From Deinococcaceae bacterium (GTDB taxonomy: Bacteria; Deinococcota; Deinococci; Deinococcales; Trueperaceae), in contig JBDZWC010000044.1 in assembly GCA_040256005.1 (NCBI GenBank), forward strand, positions 1-10,510: a stretch of DNA of 10,510 bases. The letters are read 5' to 3'. Positions 7,994-10,510 of the stretch are shown here, in pieces. The notes under the pieces were generated by a model. It had not been told where the DNA came from. It did no database searches and was given only the letters and a program-made list of their open reading frames with translations. Within the stretch, counting starts at the first letter, position 1, and each line of letters starts with the position of its first letter. The position numbers were made by a program, and so were the translations under genes.

Positions 7994-9433
7994 CTAGAGG
8001 AAAGAGCGCCGCCTCGGCCGCACCCCACGCAACACCGAGAACACGAGCGCAAGCACCAACAGCGACGCGCCCGCCAGCAGGACGATCATGTGGTTGCGCC
8101 ACGCCAGGTCGATGAGCACCGCCGGCAGCACGGCCAACGCGTGTCTGACACCGTCCCAGAGCGCTGCGAACAGTCCCTGGACCTGTGCGCCGGCCGGCAG
8201 AGGCGCCTCGTCCGGGGCGAACCGGCGCAGCCGGTCGAACAGGAGGGCTCCCAACGCGGCGCCGAACAGGACCGCCAGGCCCACGTTGCCGACCCGCCAC
8301 AGACCGCGCGAGAAGCCGACCAGAAGGACGAGAAGCAGTACGCCTAGCACGCCGGCGAACGCTGTCCAGCGCGTGTAGCGTGCCCTCGCCTCGGCGCTGA
8401 AGGCGTCGATGACGGGCGCGACTCCGCGAACCTTCTGGGCCTGCTCAGGACGCGTCAACTGGGCGGCAGCCAGGGCTCCACCGCCCTGGTACGCGCGCTC
8501 GGCCAGCGCCCTCATCACGGCGGCGTTGGCCTCCTCGTCGCTGAGCCCGGCCAGTTGAGACGCCGGCAGGAGCCCGCGCAGCGAGTCGGCGGCCTCCTCG
8601 GGCTGGCCGGCGAGGACCTGCGCGGCCTCGTCGAGCCGCGCCTGGATCTCCCCGCGGCGCCCCAACAGCAACGACTCGAGGAGCTCGTGCACCTCCGCCG
8701 TAGCAGCGTTCACGCCGGGATCCAGCCGGGCCGCCAGGTTCGAGTTGGTTATCACGGCGGCGGCCGCTGCCCTCCCCTGCTCCAGGACGAGGTCGGTGAG
8801 CTGGCCCACCACGGCCACGCCGATCTGCCTGTCGCTCATCGTCCGCAGCCTGTTGGGCGACTCGTACACGAAGACGCCTACCACGGGCTGAACCAGCTCG
8901 CCGGGGTTGGCAGCGGCCTGGGCCGGCCAGTCCGCCAGGCGCGAACCGTCATCGAGGCCGGAAGGCAGCAGCTCCGCCTCGAGCGCGGCCCGTACGAGCG
9001 AGTCGATCGGACCCTCAGCGGCCGCCGCCAACTGCGCGGAGAACTGCGGGTCGCTGACCGTGGCCAGCATCGCCTGCGTCCCGTCCGACGCCAACCGGCC
9101 CGCCAGGACACCGGCTATCCGGCTGATGCCTTGCTCGGCCGTGAAGGTGGGGATCTCGGTGGCATCGGCGTAGACGTCGACACCGGGCAGGAGAGGCAGC
9201 GGGTCGCCCGACTGGTAGGTGGTGCCCGAGCGCACCCCCAGCTCGGCCCCTGCCCCGGCCGGCTGGAGCGTCAGCTCCAGGACGCCGCGGATCACCGCCT
9301 GACCGCGCTCGGGCGCGGCCAGCTGCGCCTGCGTGAACAGCAAGGTGCCGACCATGACGGTGAGCGCGAGCAGCACACCGCTGGCCCACGTGATGTCGCG
9401 TTGCCACGCCGGTTGCCTGTCGGTTCGGTACAT
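7994..9433 (-). CDS. Uncharacterised membrane protein (1 TM + ~320-aa repeat-containing ectodomain + 3 TM), 479 aa
   Basis: A long ORF with GC-biased third positions. GAGGAGG SD lies 9 nt before ATG 9433. Hydrophobic segments fall at about aa 16-34, 356-375, 381-399 and 449-468, and the C-tail is basic (RPRRR). Confidence 0.85.
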   Translation of the reverse strand: MYRTDRQPAWQRDITWASGVLLALTVMVGTLLFTQAQLAAPERGQAVIRGVLELTLQPAGAGAELGVRSGTTYQSGDPLPLLPGVDVYADATEIPTFTAEQGISRIAGVLAGRLASDGTQAMLATVSDPQFSAQLAAAAEGPIDSLVRAALEAELLPSGLDDGSRLADWPAQAAANPGELVQPVVGVFVYESPNRLRTMSDRQIGVAVVGQLTDLVLEQGRAAAAAVITNSNLAARLDPGVNAATAEVHELLESLLLGRRGEIQARLDEAAQVLAGQPEEAADSLRGLLPASQLAGLSDEEANAAVMRALAERAYQGGGALAAAQLTRPEQAQKVRGVAPVIDAFSAEARARYTRWTAFAGVLGVLLLVLLVGFSRGLWRVGNVGLAVLFGAALGALLFDRLRRFAPDEAPLPAGAQVQGLFAALWDGVRHALAVLPAVLIDLAWRNHMIVLLAGASLLVLALVFSVLRGVRPRRRSFL

Positions 9434-9442
9434 CCGAGACGG

Positions 9443-9495
9443 CCTCCTCGCGCCCGGAGCGGCGCGGTTGTCAGATTACCCCGCCTGCTTACCAT
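9443..9495. promoter_or_regulatory. Divergent promoter pair plus an SD for the minus-strand gene
   Basis: Minus strand: TAATCT (9478..9473), a ~33-nt leader and SD GAGGAGG (9449..9443). Plus strand: TACCAT (9490-9495), 7 nt, ATG 9503. Confidence 0.65.
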
Positions 9496-9502
9496 GAGGC
9501 GG

Positions 9503-10510
9503 ATGGCCCTCTCCGCGCGCCTCGCCATCTTCCCTGTCGCAGGCCCGTTCCACACCAGGTGGCCCCGCTACAACGTCGTTCACGTCAGGGACTCGGTACG
9601 GGCCTTCGCCCCGGACGTCATCGCCCTGACCCCGCTGGCACCAGGAGCGCTCGACGACCCGGGCTGGCAGGACACCCCCGAGCTGCCCTTGCCGCACACC
9701 GTCGTGCCGTGGGCGCGAGCGGAAGGGGTGCCTGTCGTGACAGTGGGCATCGCCCCCGGCGACCCTCAAGACCCCGGTCATCAGGGAGCGGAGGACGATC
9801 TGCGGCGCTATCTCGAGCTGTACGAGGACGGTCAGGCGCGGCTGAGACGAGTGGAGGCCGCGCTGGCGCCGGTGAGGGGCCTGCTGTCGCGCCCGCTCGA
9901 CCTCGCTGCCGTGCAGACCGAACTCCTGCCGGCCATCGAGCGCCAGCAGCAGGTGCAGGCGCACGAGCTCGGCTCCGGGCCCGGCGACGAGTGGCGCGAC
10001 GAGCGGGCAGCCCTGATAGCCAGCCGGTCTCTCGCTGCGCTCAGGACGAAGGCACTCATGCCCTCCCAGGGCGATACGCTCAGGCTCGCCATAGTCGCGG
10101 AGGTCGATCGGGTGCCGGCGCTGCGCCGCACCCTCGTGGGGGCCGCCGCGCAGGCCTCGGGGGTGACCGTTGAGATCGTCGATGCTCCGCCGGCCCAGGC
10201 CGGTGAAGAGGGCCGCGTGCGAGCGCTGCTCGACGCCGCGCTGTCGGGTCTCGGCGAGCCCGAGAGCCTGTTGCGCACCCTGTCGGGGATCGAGGAGCCG
10301 GAGGCGCGCTATCTCGAGGCGAACGTGCTGCTCGAGCACGGGCATCCGGCCGAGGCGCTCGAGCGCCTCGAAGCCCTCGTGGCTGGCGACTTCCAACACC
10401 CCTACTACCTACCGGGGTTCGTGCTCGCCCGACTGGGACAGTTACGAGACCTCGCAGCACGGCGTGAGGACGCCATGAGAAGCTATAGGGGAGTCATGGC
10501 CCTCTCCTTC
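9503..10510 (+). CDS. Conserved-type hypothetical protein with C-terminal TPR-like helices (3'-truncated, >336 aa; absent from the ORF track)
   Basis: Manual translation is open from ATG 9503 to the window end: MALSARLAIFPVAGPFHTRWPRYNVVHVRDSVRAFAPDVIALT...EARYLEANVLLEHGHPAEALERLEAL...GFVLARLGQLRDLAARREDAMRSYRGVMALSF. Codon usage is normal and a -10 box lies 7 nt upstream. The in-frame ATG 9494 overlaps the -10. Confidence 0.85.
   Translation, partial: MALSARLAIFPVAGPFHTRWPRYNVVHVRDSVRAFAPDVIALTPLAPGALDDPGWQDTPELPLPHTVVPWARAEGVPVVTVGIAPGDPQDPGHQGAEDDLRRYLELYEDGQARLRRVEAALAPVRGLLSRPLDLAAVQTELLPAIERQQQVQAHELGSGPGDEWRDERAALIASRSLAALRTKALMPSQGDTLRLAIVAEVDRVPALRRTLVGAAAQASGVTVEIVDAPPAQAGEEGRVRALLDAALSGLGEPESLLRTLSGIEEPEARYLEANVLLEHGHPAEALERLEALVAGDFQHPYYLPGFVLARLGQLRDLAARREDAMRSYRGVMALSF

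Noticed and set aside
9476..10399. 307-aa minus-strand ORF in the track
   Set aside because: It is the antisense shadow of the real plus-strand gene at 9503, which has a -10 box, normal codon usage and a protein-like sequence.
9503..10507. 12-bp direct repeat ATGGCCCTCTCC at 9503-9514 and 10496-10507
   Set aside because: Both copies are in-frame MALS codons within one ORF. A single 12-mer match is plausible by chance in GC-rich DNA, and there is no mobile-element context.

Overview
This is a GC-rich bacterial core-genome window, most likely Deinococcota (Truepera-like). That assignment is inferred from TrmFO and AroE sequence signatures and from TANNNT boxes lying directly upstream of start codons. 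It holds 11 tightly packed CDSs: a YhdH/AcuI-family reductase (-), a DsbA/BdbD plus DsbB/BdbC disulfide pair (+), a DUF983-like Zn-ribbon membrane protein and a metallophosphoesterase (-), a trmFO-ltaE-aroE operon (-), a secreted RsiV/DUF3298-like protein (+), an uncharacterised 4-TM protein (-), and a 3'-truncated ORF (9503..>10510, +) that the ORF track missed. I see no RNA genes, mobile elements or CRISPR arrays. The best leads are: (i) three ~100-aa internal repeats in the ectodomain of the 4-TM protein, (ii) a divergently transcribed protein that looks like a degenerate TraB/ChaN/EreA-type fold fused to a TPR, and (iii) three compact back-to-back promoter pairs, mostly leaderless, two of them framed by inverted repeats.
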